Shown here: piece after piece, positions 22,857 through 33,564 of the stretch | Numbering within the stretch: the first letter of the stretch is position 1 | How the letters are laid out: every line of letters starts with the position of its first letter | Assembly (NCBI GenBank): GCA_052327205.1 | Contig: JBMRGM010000038.1 | Location: 35,650,001-35,714,000, forward strand | Direction of reading: 5' to 3' | Source: Somniosus microcephalus | Taxonomy: Eukaryota | Length of the DNA stretch: 64,000 nucleotides | Position numbers and translations under genes: made by a program | Notes under the pieces: generated by a model | Seen by the model: the letters and a program-made list of their open reading frames with translations, nothing else | Databases searched by the model: none | What the model was told of the DNA's origin: nothing

Positions 22857-25172
22857 TCATCTTCTGTTTTTACTTTTCCTTTTCTGCTTCTTGGAGACTC
22901 TCTGGGCTCCATTGTCAGCTGCCACAGCTGCCAGCTGCATGCGCAGTTCCTCCTTCTCTTCCTCCTGTTTCCGTCGTAGAGCCAGCTTCTCCCGATGTTC
23001 CGTAGACTTTTGGTGCTCCTCCATGATTTCTGCACTTTGGGAGTCGAAGTTACAAGCTGGGCAGGACAGGGCATCGTAATATTCGGTGTCGTCCACCAGG
23101 TCATGGTAATATTCGGTGTCGTCCTGAACTAGACCAGTGAGAGGGTCGTCTATTTCCTCCATACCCAGCTGGACGTTAGCCAGCTCTTGTTCCAAATCCA
23201 GACATCTTTCCTGAAGAGACTTCTTCATGTGTACCTCTGCATCCAGCTTTTTCTGGGCTTTCAGCAAATCGTTTACTAGTGACCTCATTTGTGATTTTAA
23301 TACTTCAACTTCCTTTGGAGATTGATTGATCGGACTATGCAATCCCTCTACCCGAGCGGCTGTTTCAGCGGTCTGTTGTTCTACATTGACGTGAGTCAGC
23401 GTACTTTTGGCATCCAATGGCTGCTCTGTTGCAGTCGTTTCAGTCTGTGTCGTCACATCAGCCATCTCAATGACTTTTGAGAGCTCCGAACCCTTTTCCT
23501 TTGAAGATCGCAGCTCGTGTTCAAGTTTTTCCCATTTCAGAGTCTTGTCCCTCAGCATATGAAGGAGTTGGCTGACCGTTAACTCTTCTGACACCAGATT
23601 ATGGCACGCACCTTCAGAACCTGAATCAGCTTTGATTCATTCGGCCTCCTCGCGCAGATGGTTGGTGTGCTCCTGCTCCATTTTCTCCATCAGTTGCTTC
23701 TGTTGCCTTTCCAGATTCTCCCACTCTGTAACAAAGAACTTTTTTATTTCATTCATCTCTTGCTCAAAACGGCGAATCATTTGTTCTAATTGCTGTTGTA
23801 GTTTGAAATGGAGTTGAGTTCGAGCCCAGTGTCCCTCAAAAATGTGCATATCAGTAGACTTGACAGACTCAGAATTCTCTGTTAAACTATGTTGTTGTTG
23901 CTCAGTGGAATTCTGTGCTGAAACTTTGTCTTTTGCACATGGGTTGGTCTTACCATCATCAGTTCTAGAGTCTGGGCTGATTATCTGCACCGAGTTCTCA
24001 CTCTTTATGGCTTTTAGTGAATGCCAGTCCATATTTATGTTTCTAAACCACTCCCGGCCTAGTAGTGGTGGACCTCCCTCCGGTAGCACATATAAGTCCA
24101 TTATTTGACTTCCTTCGCCCTTGTTGGCCACTGCAACCTTTATTGTCCCGATGGGGTACACTCTCTGCCCCGTGTAGGTTGTCAATATAATCTCCGTATC
24201 CTGTAGGGGAATATGTTGGAATAACCTTCTGTAATCTTTCTTATTCATGACCGACAATGCCGATCCAGTGTCCAATTCCATTTTTACTTGGACTCCTTCT
24301 ATCTGAAGAGTAACCCAAATTGTCTGGAGGTCTGCACCCTTACCAACGTTGAGTACCCTTAAGCTAGCCAGTTCAATACTGCTTAAGCCAGCCAGTTCAT
24401 TACTGCTAGCGTCTGAATCGGACTCCTGTTCGGCCACCTTGTGTACCTTTGCGTATTTCCCTTGCGGTGACTTCTTGTTGCTGGTCTTCTTCCCTGACCT
24501 GCATACTCTAGCTATGTGTCCAAGCTTACCACATGTTCTGCATTCTTGGTTTTTAAACCAACACTGGTTCTGATCATGCGTTGTCTTTCCACAACGATAA
24601 CATTTAACAGAACTCACACCCAATTTGTGTGCACTGAGCTCCGGTGACCGTAGCTGCATTACTGCCGTGCCTCTCGCTGCGGCTTCGTGTGCTGCTGCCA
24701 TAGTGACCGCCTTCTCAAGCGTCAGCTCATTCTCCTCGAGCAGTCGCTTTTGTGTATCCTGTTTAAATAAACCACACACAAATTTGTCTCGTAGTGCATC
24801 TGTCAGTCCCATTCCAAACTGGCACTATTTCGCTAATTTACGCAATTCCAGCAAATATTCAGCATTGCTTTCATGCTGTAGCTGCCTTCTGTCGTAAAAT
24901 TTAAATCGTTCCGCTAGCATCAGCGGCGTGGGGTTTAGATGATCTTTCAGGACAGTAACAATCTCATCGAACGTCTTACCCGCCGGTTCATCTGGTGATA
25001 ACAGGTGTTTCAATTGCCCGTATGTCTTCGCACCCATTAAATTTAATAATGTTAGAGCTTTATCTTGGTCACGAATTTTATTGGCCTTACAATAATTTTT
25101 TACTCTTTCAACATATATGGCCCAATCTTCGAGGTCACTATCAAAGGTGCTAATATTCCCGTGTTTAGGCAT
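22857..25172 (-). pseudogene. Gag-protease fused in frame to STK10/SLK-, optineurin- and DNAJC21-like segments (771 codons, two in-frame stops)
   Basis: ORFs 24825-25172, 23637-24812 and 22857-23594 share one frame (TAG 24825-27, TGA 23637-39). Mag-type Gag ([24 protein letters not shown]), two CCHC knuckles, ELDTGS..LLGREW protease, then coiled coils and a C-x2-C-x12-H-x5-H finger. Confidence 0.8.
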
Positions 25173-25309
25173 TGTAGATTTGCAATTTCTCAGATTTTAT
25201 TTTCTTTACTTGTTATCAAAGATGGCGGCTTCCCGCTCTTGCCGTCGTCCTCCGCCCACAAAATGGCGGTTTTCCCGCGCTTGGCGGTCTTCATCCGTCC
25301 CCCGACGCC

Positions 25310-25660
25310 GTCTCCCTTCAGCCCCCGAGTGCGGCCCTTATCTTCGCCGCGATCGCCCGAGTGCGGCCCTTATCAGCGGATGCAATCGATGGCCCGGCTG
25401 CGCCTCGCACTTGAAAGCGGCCCGGCCCTTATCAGTGCTTGCGATCGATGGCCCGGCTGCGCCTCGCACTCCAAAGCCCTTATCTCCCGATCGCGATCAA
25501 TGGCCCGCGCTGTGCACCGCGGCTCTCGCGCCTTCAATTTCTGCAGCCGCTGCCCTTTCAGCACGAGTGCGGCCCTTATCGGTGGTTGCGATCGATGGCC
25601 CGGCTGCGCCCCTCACTTCAAAGCGGCCCGGCCCTTATCTGCCTATCGCTATCGCCCTGT
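25310..25660. repeat. GC-rich ~59-bp imperfect tandem repeats in the Gypsy 5' leader
   Basis: Recurrent GGCCCTTATC...GCGATCGATGGCCCGGCTGCGCC units. Confidence 0.8.
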
Positions 25661-27244
25661 ACCTGTCTTCCCCAGCCCTATCTTCTACTCCGGTTCACAA
25701 GCTGATGGAGGCTTCAGGGTCCTAATGCCTGTTGCTTCCATTGGGGTGGTGAGAGGTGAGGTTTGAAACCTCTCTTCAACCGCCGTGGAATAACTGCCGC
25801 AGGGTAAGAACCTGACTCATCGCCAGTGTTAAGTATGTGTATTGTATTGAACAATTAACACAAAGACTTAAACGTATAACTCAAACAGGTCTTTACTGGT
25901 TGGAGGTAGGGACTATACTGAATACAAGATTACTGCACAGTGCTTATATACCGATGCGTTCACCGCCGGTATTACGTCTACAGCAGCCTGAGAAAGTAGT
26001 ACATCTCTTAAGGTGGAACAGGCTTAAGCTCTCTTAAGGTGGAACAGGTTACATACACAACACACTGGTTCTCCCTTATCTATTTTACTAGTGACATCCT
26101 CAAAAAATTCCAGTAGATTAGTCGAGCACGATTTACCTTTTGTAAATCCATGTTGACTTTGTCCGATCCTGTCTCTGTTTTCCAAGTGCTCTGCTATTAC
26201 ATCTTTTATAATGGACTCTAGCACTTTCCCCACTACCGATGTCAGGCTCACCGAGACCTGTAATTCCCCGTTTTCTCTCTACCACCTTTTTTGAATAGTG
26301 GGGTAACATTAGCTACCCTTCAATCCATGGGTACTGTTCCAGAGTCCATCGAATGTTGGAAGATGATCAGCAATGCATCTACTATTTCTAGGGCCACTTC
26401 CTTAATTACGTTAGGATGTAGATTATCAGGCCCTGGGGATTTATCGGCCTTCAATCCCATCAATTTCCCTAACACCATTTCCCTACAAATACTGATTTCT
26501 TTCAGTTCCTCCCTTTCATCGGACACTATGTTCCCCGACATTTCTGGGAGGTTATTTGTGTCCCCCTTTGTGAAGACAGAACCAAAATATGTATTTAATT
26601 GGTCTGCTATTTCTTTGTTCCCCATTATAAATTCCCCAGTTGGGGATGCTCAAGAGGCCAAAATTGAAGGAGCGCAGAGCTTGCGGAGGGTTGTGGGGCT
26701 GGAGGAGGTTGGAGGGATTTCAAAACAACGATGAGAATTTTAAAAATCAAGGCGTTGCTTAACCGGGAATCAATGTAGTTCAGCGATGGGTGAATGGGAC
26801 TTGGTGTGAGTTAGGATACGGGCAGCTGAGTTTTGGACGGCCTCAAGTAAATGGCGGGTAGTGCGTGGAAGGTCAGCATTGGAATAGTCGAGACTACAGG
26901 CGAATAGAGATGTGGCAGTCAGTCTCACCTGGGTTTAGTGAGTGTCTACACAAAGCCTCATACACAACATACAAAAAGTTGATGTGCATTCACACTGAAG
27001 TCTTCCAATAAATATGTATAATCACAGAAGTGCTTGTTTGAGTAAACCAGTTAACATTTTATACACAGCCAGCACACCTCGCCTCACCCCCTAAACAGCT
27101 GCCATCAAAGCCCAGTTGCTGTATTATTTTGTGGGTCTGTGCTCGGGTTAGCAGCCCTCCAGGATTGTCCCAGAGTCTCCAGGAATTAAAAGATTCATCT
27201 CTGGGAGCCTGGCACGTCCTGAGTTCATGATAGGTGCGGTATTC

Positions 27245-27675
27245 CCAGAAGGTTGTGGGTTCGAGTCCCACTCCAGTGACGAGAGCACATTAATGCAGGC
27301 TGACACTCTAGTGCCACTGCTGAGGGAGCGCCGCACTGTCGGAGGTGTCATCTTTCGGATGAGACGTTAAACCGAGGGCCCGTCTGCCCCCTCAGGTGGA
27401 TGTAAAAGATCCCATGGCCACTATTTCGTAGAAGAGCAGGGAGTTATCCCCTGGTGTCCTAGCCAATATTTATCCCTCAATCAACATCACTAAAAACAGA
27501 TTATCTGGTCATTATCACATTGCTGTTTGTGGGAGCATGCTGTGTGCAAATTGGCTGCCGTGTTTCCTACATTACAACAGTGACTGCGCTCCAAAAAGTA
27601 CCTCATTGGCTGTAAAGCGTTTGGGATGTCCTGAGGCTGTGAAAGGCGCGATATAAATGCAAGTCTTTCTTTCTT
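27245..27675 (+). mobile_element. SacSINE1/DeuSINE-like SINE (related copy 40325-40750)
   Basis: B box GGTTCGAGTCC, Deu-like core, tail GTGAAAGGCGCGATATAAATGCAAGTCTTT. Confidence 0.8.
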
Positions 27676-27679
27676 TTAC

Positions 27680-28087
27680 AGGCGACTTTGGGCCGATGGT
27701 TCCCAAAGCTCTCCACCCAATGGGGGCACTTTGGTTTGGTTTTTGGTTGATGACATCACCCAGTGTCTTCCTATTGGTGGTTTTGGAGAAGGTCAACCCA
27801 ATCTCTGCCTCTTTCTTTATCATAGGCAACGGCCTATTAAAAGTCAACCACGTGCTCCCTTTTTAAAGGGTCGCAAACGATAAGGTCTGTAAATTAACAT
27901 AAATTTGAAAGGAACCTTAACAAATCAAATTAAAATTTGGTTGCCGGGGGTGATGATGCACTCCATTCTCCGCGGCGCCCACCGGTCGCGGAAGGCCTCA
28001 AGCGTGCCAGTGGATACCGCGTACTCCATATCCAGGGCCACCTGGGCACGAACGTGGCCGCGGAAGAGAGGCAGGCAATCGGGCAGC
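27680..28087 (-). mobile_element. Tx1/L1-clade LINE 3' fragment (homologue ~40760-41167)
   Basis: LPDCLPLFRGHVRAQVALDMEYAVSTGTLEAFRDRWAPRRMECIITPGNQILI* followed by 3' UTR-like sequence. Confidence 0.6.
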
Positions 28088-28108
28088 TCTTTCCCACCCT
28101 CTTTCCAG

Positions 28109-28980
28109 TTGCCTGTTGACACAGCCGAGGCGAAAACTCCCTTTCGTCTTCTGTGTCGCCGCGAGATCACCGGGACAAGCTCTGGTTCAACCTGGATGCG
28201 TTCCGCTTCTTTGAGGATGCCAGGGACCTGGTAAGAGTTGGCCAGATGTTGGAAGGTAAGACGGTGAGCGTTGACGCTGAGTAACTCCTGGATGTGTCTC
28301 CTGCAGATCTTCATCAGTTGCCACCTGAGAGTAGCTGCAGCAGATCAAAGGCCGGATTCGGTCAACAAAGCCTGTTCCTTCCATGGTGGACCTCTTTCTT
28401 TTTGGCGTATGGATGCATTCTGACTGATGGCTTGCTTCCTTGTTTAGATGGTCCCTGGTGAACGAGTTGGGCCTGTCCCTGGTGGAAGGATCCAATGAGG
28501 TTTGTGCCTGTTGTGATGGGGGCAACTGCAGGGCCCAGAGATTGCGATCTGGAGGAAGACCACACTCCAGGTGCAGGAGGGAGGTCCCATCTGAGCTTGG
28601 AATGTTGTGTTGGGTGTTGAGGGTGAAGAAGGATGTTTTGTAACTGGATGGAACTAATTGTTGCAGAGTCTGAGCCTGTGTGGGAGAGAGAGGCCTCACT
28701 TGGACCTCTGATCGTTCTGGATGTAGATCTGGACCTGGTTCATTCGGTGGATAGTGAAGCTGTTGGGACTCGTGAGGATGTTCCGAGTTCTTATCGAGGT
28801 GAGTGTTGATTGTATGAAAACCCAATTCCAGTCCTGTGACTCCTGACTCCATATTGGCTTCTCGTTCTCGGCAGGTGATGTGTGTTCTGAGCTACTTCTG
28901 GTCGTGGCTGTGACGTTGGCAGCTGAGGTCCTGATCTCCGCCTCTCTGGTGGCCTTCCTACTGTCCAGGAAACACAACTG
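28109..28980 (+). pseudogene. 5'-truncated ZP3-paralog pseudogene (exons 5-9 only), copy 1
   Basis: DKLWFNLDAFRFF, IFISCHLRV..NKACSF, VCACCDGGNC, RCRR, ASLGPLIVL, TM, AATAAA 29027. Lesions: frameshift in exon 5, 37-nt deletion removing the exon 6 donor, exon 7 donor GT>GA, exons 1-4 absent. Confidence 0.85.
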
Positions 28981-30594
28981 AATCCTCTCCCTCAATTGAG
29001 CTGCTTTATTTGTCAAAAAATGCTTCAATAAAATTGAAATGTGACTTGGTTGAGTTACAGTCTTTGGTGTTGAACTGGTTTTTAAATACACTGTCATGGT
29101 GGTTTGACCTAAGTTGTCTAAATGACACTAGACCAGTTTTGGAGGCCTATATTTAACTGACAATTTCACCACACACCGCTCAGTTTTGGGTAGTTGAAAG
29201 TAGGCATTTGCACCTGGAATAAGATTGTGGCCTTAATGGGATGGCAACTGGAATCATACAGCACAGAAAGAGGCCATTCGGCCCATCGTGCCTGTGCTGG
29301 CTCTTTGAAAGAGCTCTCCAATTAGTCCCACTCCCCCCAGCTCTTCCCCATATCCCTGCCATTTTCACCTCTTTGTATTTATCCAATTCCCATTTTTGAA
29401 AGACACTATTGAATCTGCTTCCACCGCCCTTTCAGGGAGCGTGTTCCAGATCACAACTTCTTCTTTATATTAGAAGTCTCCTCATCTCTGGCTCTCTTGT
29501 CAATGATGTTATTTACTAACCCTTCTGTCAGTGGAAACCGTTTCTCCTTATTTACTTTAATCAAAACCCTTACCATTTTGAACCCCTCCCTTGACCTTCT
29601 CTGCTCTAAGGAGAACAATCCCAGCTTCTCTGCAGTAATATTGTGACCTTTGTAAAGGGATGAAAGCGATGGGGAGTTTCTGCCATCTTTCTAGAGCGAG
29701 TAGATGGGGTTACAGACACCCAGCTAGGAGTCCGCTGTGAGAAGGTTCCAGTCCCACATCGGGGTCAAGAGACTAGACCAAAGCAGCATCTCCTTAATTG
29801 GCCATCTTGCTCCTTGTCCACTGGCGGTAGGTGTGTCTTGGCCTCGTACTGTCACTCTGCTGGCTCTGTTCCACATTTAACATCCCTTAAAGGTTAGTTA
29901 CAATTGCCTTTTTGAATATAGTGATGTAACCTACCACCCACCATCACACATGGGTGGGTAGTGGAATCAAACAGTGCTGAGGGGATTGGTAAATGATCAA
30001 TTATCTTTTTCATTGCACTCTGGCTTCTGGTGCATTTCCCCCACCCGCCCAAAATCCTTCGCCCACCCCACCTCCCATCACCCCCTGTTGGTGGCCGTGC
30101 CTTCAGACATCTGGCACCTCAGCTCAGACATTCTCTCCCTAAAACCCTCAACCTCTCCTCCTAATACATTGCTTCAAACCTACATCAGTGTCCAGGCATT
30201 TACCTGTCCTAATGTCTCCTCCTTTGACTGTCACGTTTTTGTCTGATTTACGTGAGTTGAATGCTTTGCTTAGTTGAACATTGGGCGGTGTAACAAGGCA
30301 CCAATGCAACCAGATGGTGAGGATAAAGGGGCAGGAATATAAGATGGCCATTAACAGATCAAATGAAGAATTTAAGAGGACATTCTTTACACAGAATGTG
30401 GAACATGGAGTGGTTGAAGCAGATACATTTGGAGTTGAGATACAGATCGACCATGATCGAATTGAATGGCAGAACAGGCTCGAGGGCCTGAATGGACTCC
30501 TCCTGTTCATTTGTAAAGGAGGCTGGTAGCATAGATGAGGGAGAATGAAATAGAGGGCTCTGTGGGGTGGGGAGTTAGATAGAAAGCAAAGCAC

Positions 30595-31685
30595 GCTCTA
30601 CGCTGTCCCATCAAACACTCCCAGGGCAGCAAGAGTACGGGTTAGATACAGAGTAAAGCTCCATCTACACTGTCTCATCAATCACTCCCAGCGCAGGTAC
30701 AGCATAAGTTAGATACTGTTGTGTCCCCTTGTGTTTTTATTACTATGTAATACAGACACTTTTAACTCCTTTTTAGTTTACAGCTTTTACTCAGTGCTTT
30801 CATGATGTTGCTGCCGCATGGTGCGGAGTGATACAAGATGTCCGACCTTGCACTGTGCACTGCCTGACACAGTGTGCCACATAGCAGTATAAATGCACTA
30901 ACCAAAGTAGTTCCATATAACAATGTAACAAGTAGTTCCATTGAATAATGTGATAATATAACGATGTAACAGATACAGGTTACAGCATGAGTTAGATACA
31001 GAGTAAAGCTCCCTCTACACTGTCCCATCAAGCACTCCCAGTGCAGCTACAGCGCGGGTTAGATACAGAATAAAGCTCCCTTTACAATGTCACGTCAAAA
31101 TCTCCCAGGGCAGGTACAGCACGGGTTAGATATAGAGTAACGCTCCCTCTACACTGTCACTTCAAACAGTCCCAGGACACGCACAGCATGGGTTAGATAC
31201 AGAGTAAAGCTCCCTCTGCACTGTCCCATGAAACACTCCCAGGGCAGGTACAGCACGGTTAGATACAGAGTAAAGCTCCCTCTACACTGTCCCATCAAAT
31301 ACTCCCAGGACAGGTACAGCACGGGTCAGATACAGAGTAAAGCTCCCTTTAAACTGTCCCATCAAACACTCCCAGGGCAGGTACAGCATAGGTTAGATAC
31401 AGAGTAAAGCTCCCTTTAGACTGTCGCATCAAACTCTCCCATGGCAGATACAGCATGAGTTAGATACAGAGTAAAGCTCCCTCTACACTACCCCATCAAA
31501 CACTCCCAAGGCAGGTACAGCACGGGTTAGACACAGAGTAAAGCTCTCTTTACAATGTCCCATCAAACTACTCCCAGGGCAGGTACAGCACGGGTTAGAT
31601 GGAGAGTAAAGCTCCCTCTACACTGTCGCATCAAACACTCCCAGGGCAGGTAGAGCACGGGTTAGATACACAGTAAAGCTCCCTG
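30595..31685. repeat. 67-bp minisatellite array interrupted by a solo LTR
   Basis: Same unit as 318-826. Confidence 0.9.
30717..30971 (-). mobile_element. Solo LTR (255 bp), TSD GATAC
   Basis: TGTT...AACA termini, GATAC at 30712-30716 and 30972-30976; empty site at 581-585 in unit A. Confidence 0.8.
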
Positions 31686-33382
31686 TGCTCTGCGCAAAAA
31701 AGGTCCCAAATCCCAACCTCAGAGGATCAGACCCTATTAACCACCTCCCTCAGATTTCATGTTCCCACAGCTCGGCCATTTGTGGATCCTCCCCTTCCTT
31801 CACTCCACCATTGGCACCTTGGGATGTTTTTCTGCATTAAAGGTGCGATATGATGACAAGTTGGTGTTGTTGTTCCAGTGTGACAGTCTCCATTTACCAT
31901 CACACTCTTTATCAGACTGTATGAAACAGGACAATTGCAATTAGAGTGACTTTGCCTCTATTAGGGGGTTTTAATTGGATAGACTGTTTCCCCCTCGTGA
32001 TGTCCTTTTATTAATCAGCAGGGACGGGGGAGCTTGTCCAGTGGGTGAAGCTCAGGCCCACACTGATCATCTATAAGGGGTCCTCCCCACAAGGGACAGG
32101 ACACCACTAACAAGAACAAAGAGCCTGTCCGAACTAATGTCCCACAGTACACATCAACTGATTAAGGTCCAACTTTCCGATCCGGTTCAATGAGGCAATG
32201 ATCCCGTCCGGATCCAGCCACTTGTAGAAGCTTCTGGAAAACCCATTGGACTCCGAGTGTTTGCACGCCAGGCTCCCTGGAGAGGGAGCGGGCAATGCCC
32301 ACCGGTACACTCGAGGCCTCCCGCAACCGATGGGCACCGCAGGGAGTGGAGAGTCTTATCGACACGAGTAACATAATTATGATTTACTTTTATGAGTTTC
32401 CTGTTGTTTTGTCGAAAGAACATTCTGTGTTTGAGTTCCTTTGTTAGTTGTGCCAACTTAAAGAGGGAGGCCAGGTATAAATTCGTTCCTCTGTTGATGA
32501 CACCGGGACAACCCATGTCATTTTATGGCTCAATTAAAGAAATCCACATTAGACATAGGAACATGGGAACAGGAGGAGGCCATTCAGCCTCTCGAGCCTG
32601 TCGCCTCATTCAATGAGATCATGGCTGATCTGGGACCTAACTCCATATACCCGCCTTTGGCCCATATCCCTTAATACCTTTGGGTATCAAAAATCTATCA
32701 ATCTCAGATTTAAAATTAACAATTGACCCAGCAACAACTGCCGTTAGCGGAAGAGAGTTCCAAACCTCTCCCACCCTTTGTGTGTAGAAGTGTTTCCTAA
32801 CTTCACTTCTGAAAGATCTGGCTCTAATTTTTAGGCTATGTCCCCTTGTCCTGAACTCCCAACCAGCGGAATTAGTTTGTCTCTGTGTACCCTATCGGTT
32901 CCCCTTAATATCTGGAAAACTTCAATCAAATCACCCCTTAACTTTCTAAATTCCGAGCTTCTCACCATTGGGAAAGTACGCTGATCTATCCTTTTTAGAT
33001 CCAAAGTGGATGACTACTGTATTAATGGTGCCCATCAAAATGTGCCCTTGTGCGACTCTTTCAGGTGGGGGTGATTGACCAAATTGTAATAGGCCCTCCT
33101 GGCAATAAATCCATCAGTTCTGTCTTTCTTTTCCTTTTTTTATTATTTTTTTTTCTTTTTTTTCAAGTTTTATTTCAAGTTTTATTAATTTACAGTTGAT
33201 TAGTTTAATCAAAAGAGCACCCCTAATTGGTCGAATGTTTTCTTAAGTTACAGTCAATTGCTTTAATCAAAAAGAGCAGCCAAATTTTAAATTAATTTGT
33301 TAAGGTTCCTTTAAAGTTTTATTTATAAACTAATTGGTTAATCACCCACACAAAAAAGATTACTGTAGATTTGCTTAACCAC

Positions 33383-33520
33383 CCAATCAAAAGGGTCACT
33401 CCGATTGGTTGAATTAAAATAGGCCCTCCTGGCAATAAATCCATGAGTTCTGTGATTGGGTAGAAATTGTGGAGCTTGGGGTTAATCGGCTCAATGTGAC
33501 TGCAGGTTGTGTGTATAAAA
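33383..33520 (+). promoter_or_regulatory. ZP3 copy B promoter (CCAAT boxes, TATAAAA 33514-33520)
   Basis: CCAAT 33383, ATTGG 33404 and 33455, TATA about 50 nt before the ATG. Confidence 0.65.
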
Positions 33521-33564
33521 GGTGCTTGTTGATGGGTGCAGGGATAGTTGAGTTGTTTAGTATC

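Larger units (their letters stand above)
22351..26062 (-). mobile_element. Non-autonomous Ty3/Gypsy (Mag-like) LTR retrotransposon, 3712 bp, carrying captured host coding fragments
   Basis: 236-bp LTRs 22351-22586 and 25827-26062 (3 mismatches seen); 5-bp TSD CACTG (22346-22350, 26063-26067); PBS TGGCGATGAG (tRNA-Ser-like); PPT AAGAAGGGAGGAG; no RT/RH/IN core. Confidence 0.92.
21603..26640 (-). mobile_element. Truncated CR1 LINE (RT region + 3' tail) inserted in an L2-like fragment and split by the Gypsy element
   Basis: Tail CATAGAAACATAGAA at 21603. RT peptides VTSGVPQGSVLGPQLF, SLTSVVGKVLESII..QHGFTKGKSC, DKSPGPD. Flanks rejoin as the L2-like sequence seen at ~38650. Confidence 0.85.

Noticed and set aside
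25065-25766. Plus-strand 202-233-aa ORFs in the Gypsy leader
   Set aside because: Arise from GC-rich tandem repeats, antisense to the element.
27925-28314. 129-aa minus-strand ORF as a gene
   Set aside because: Accidental join of antisense ZP3-pseudogene sequence and a Tx1-like ORF2 tail.
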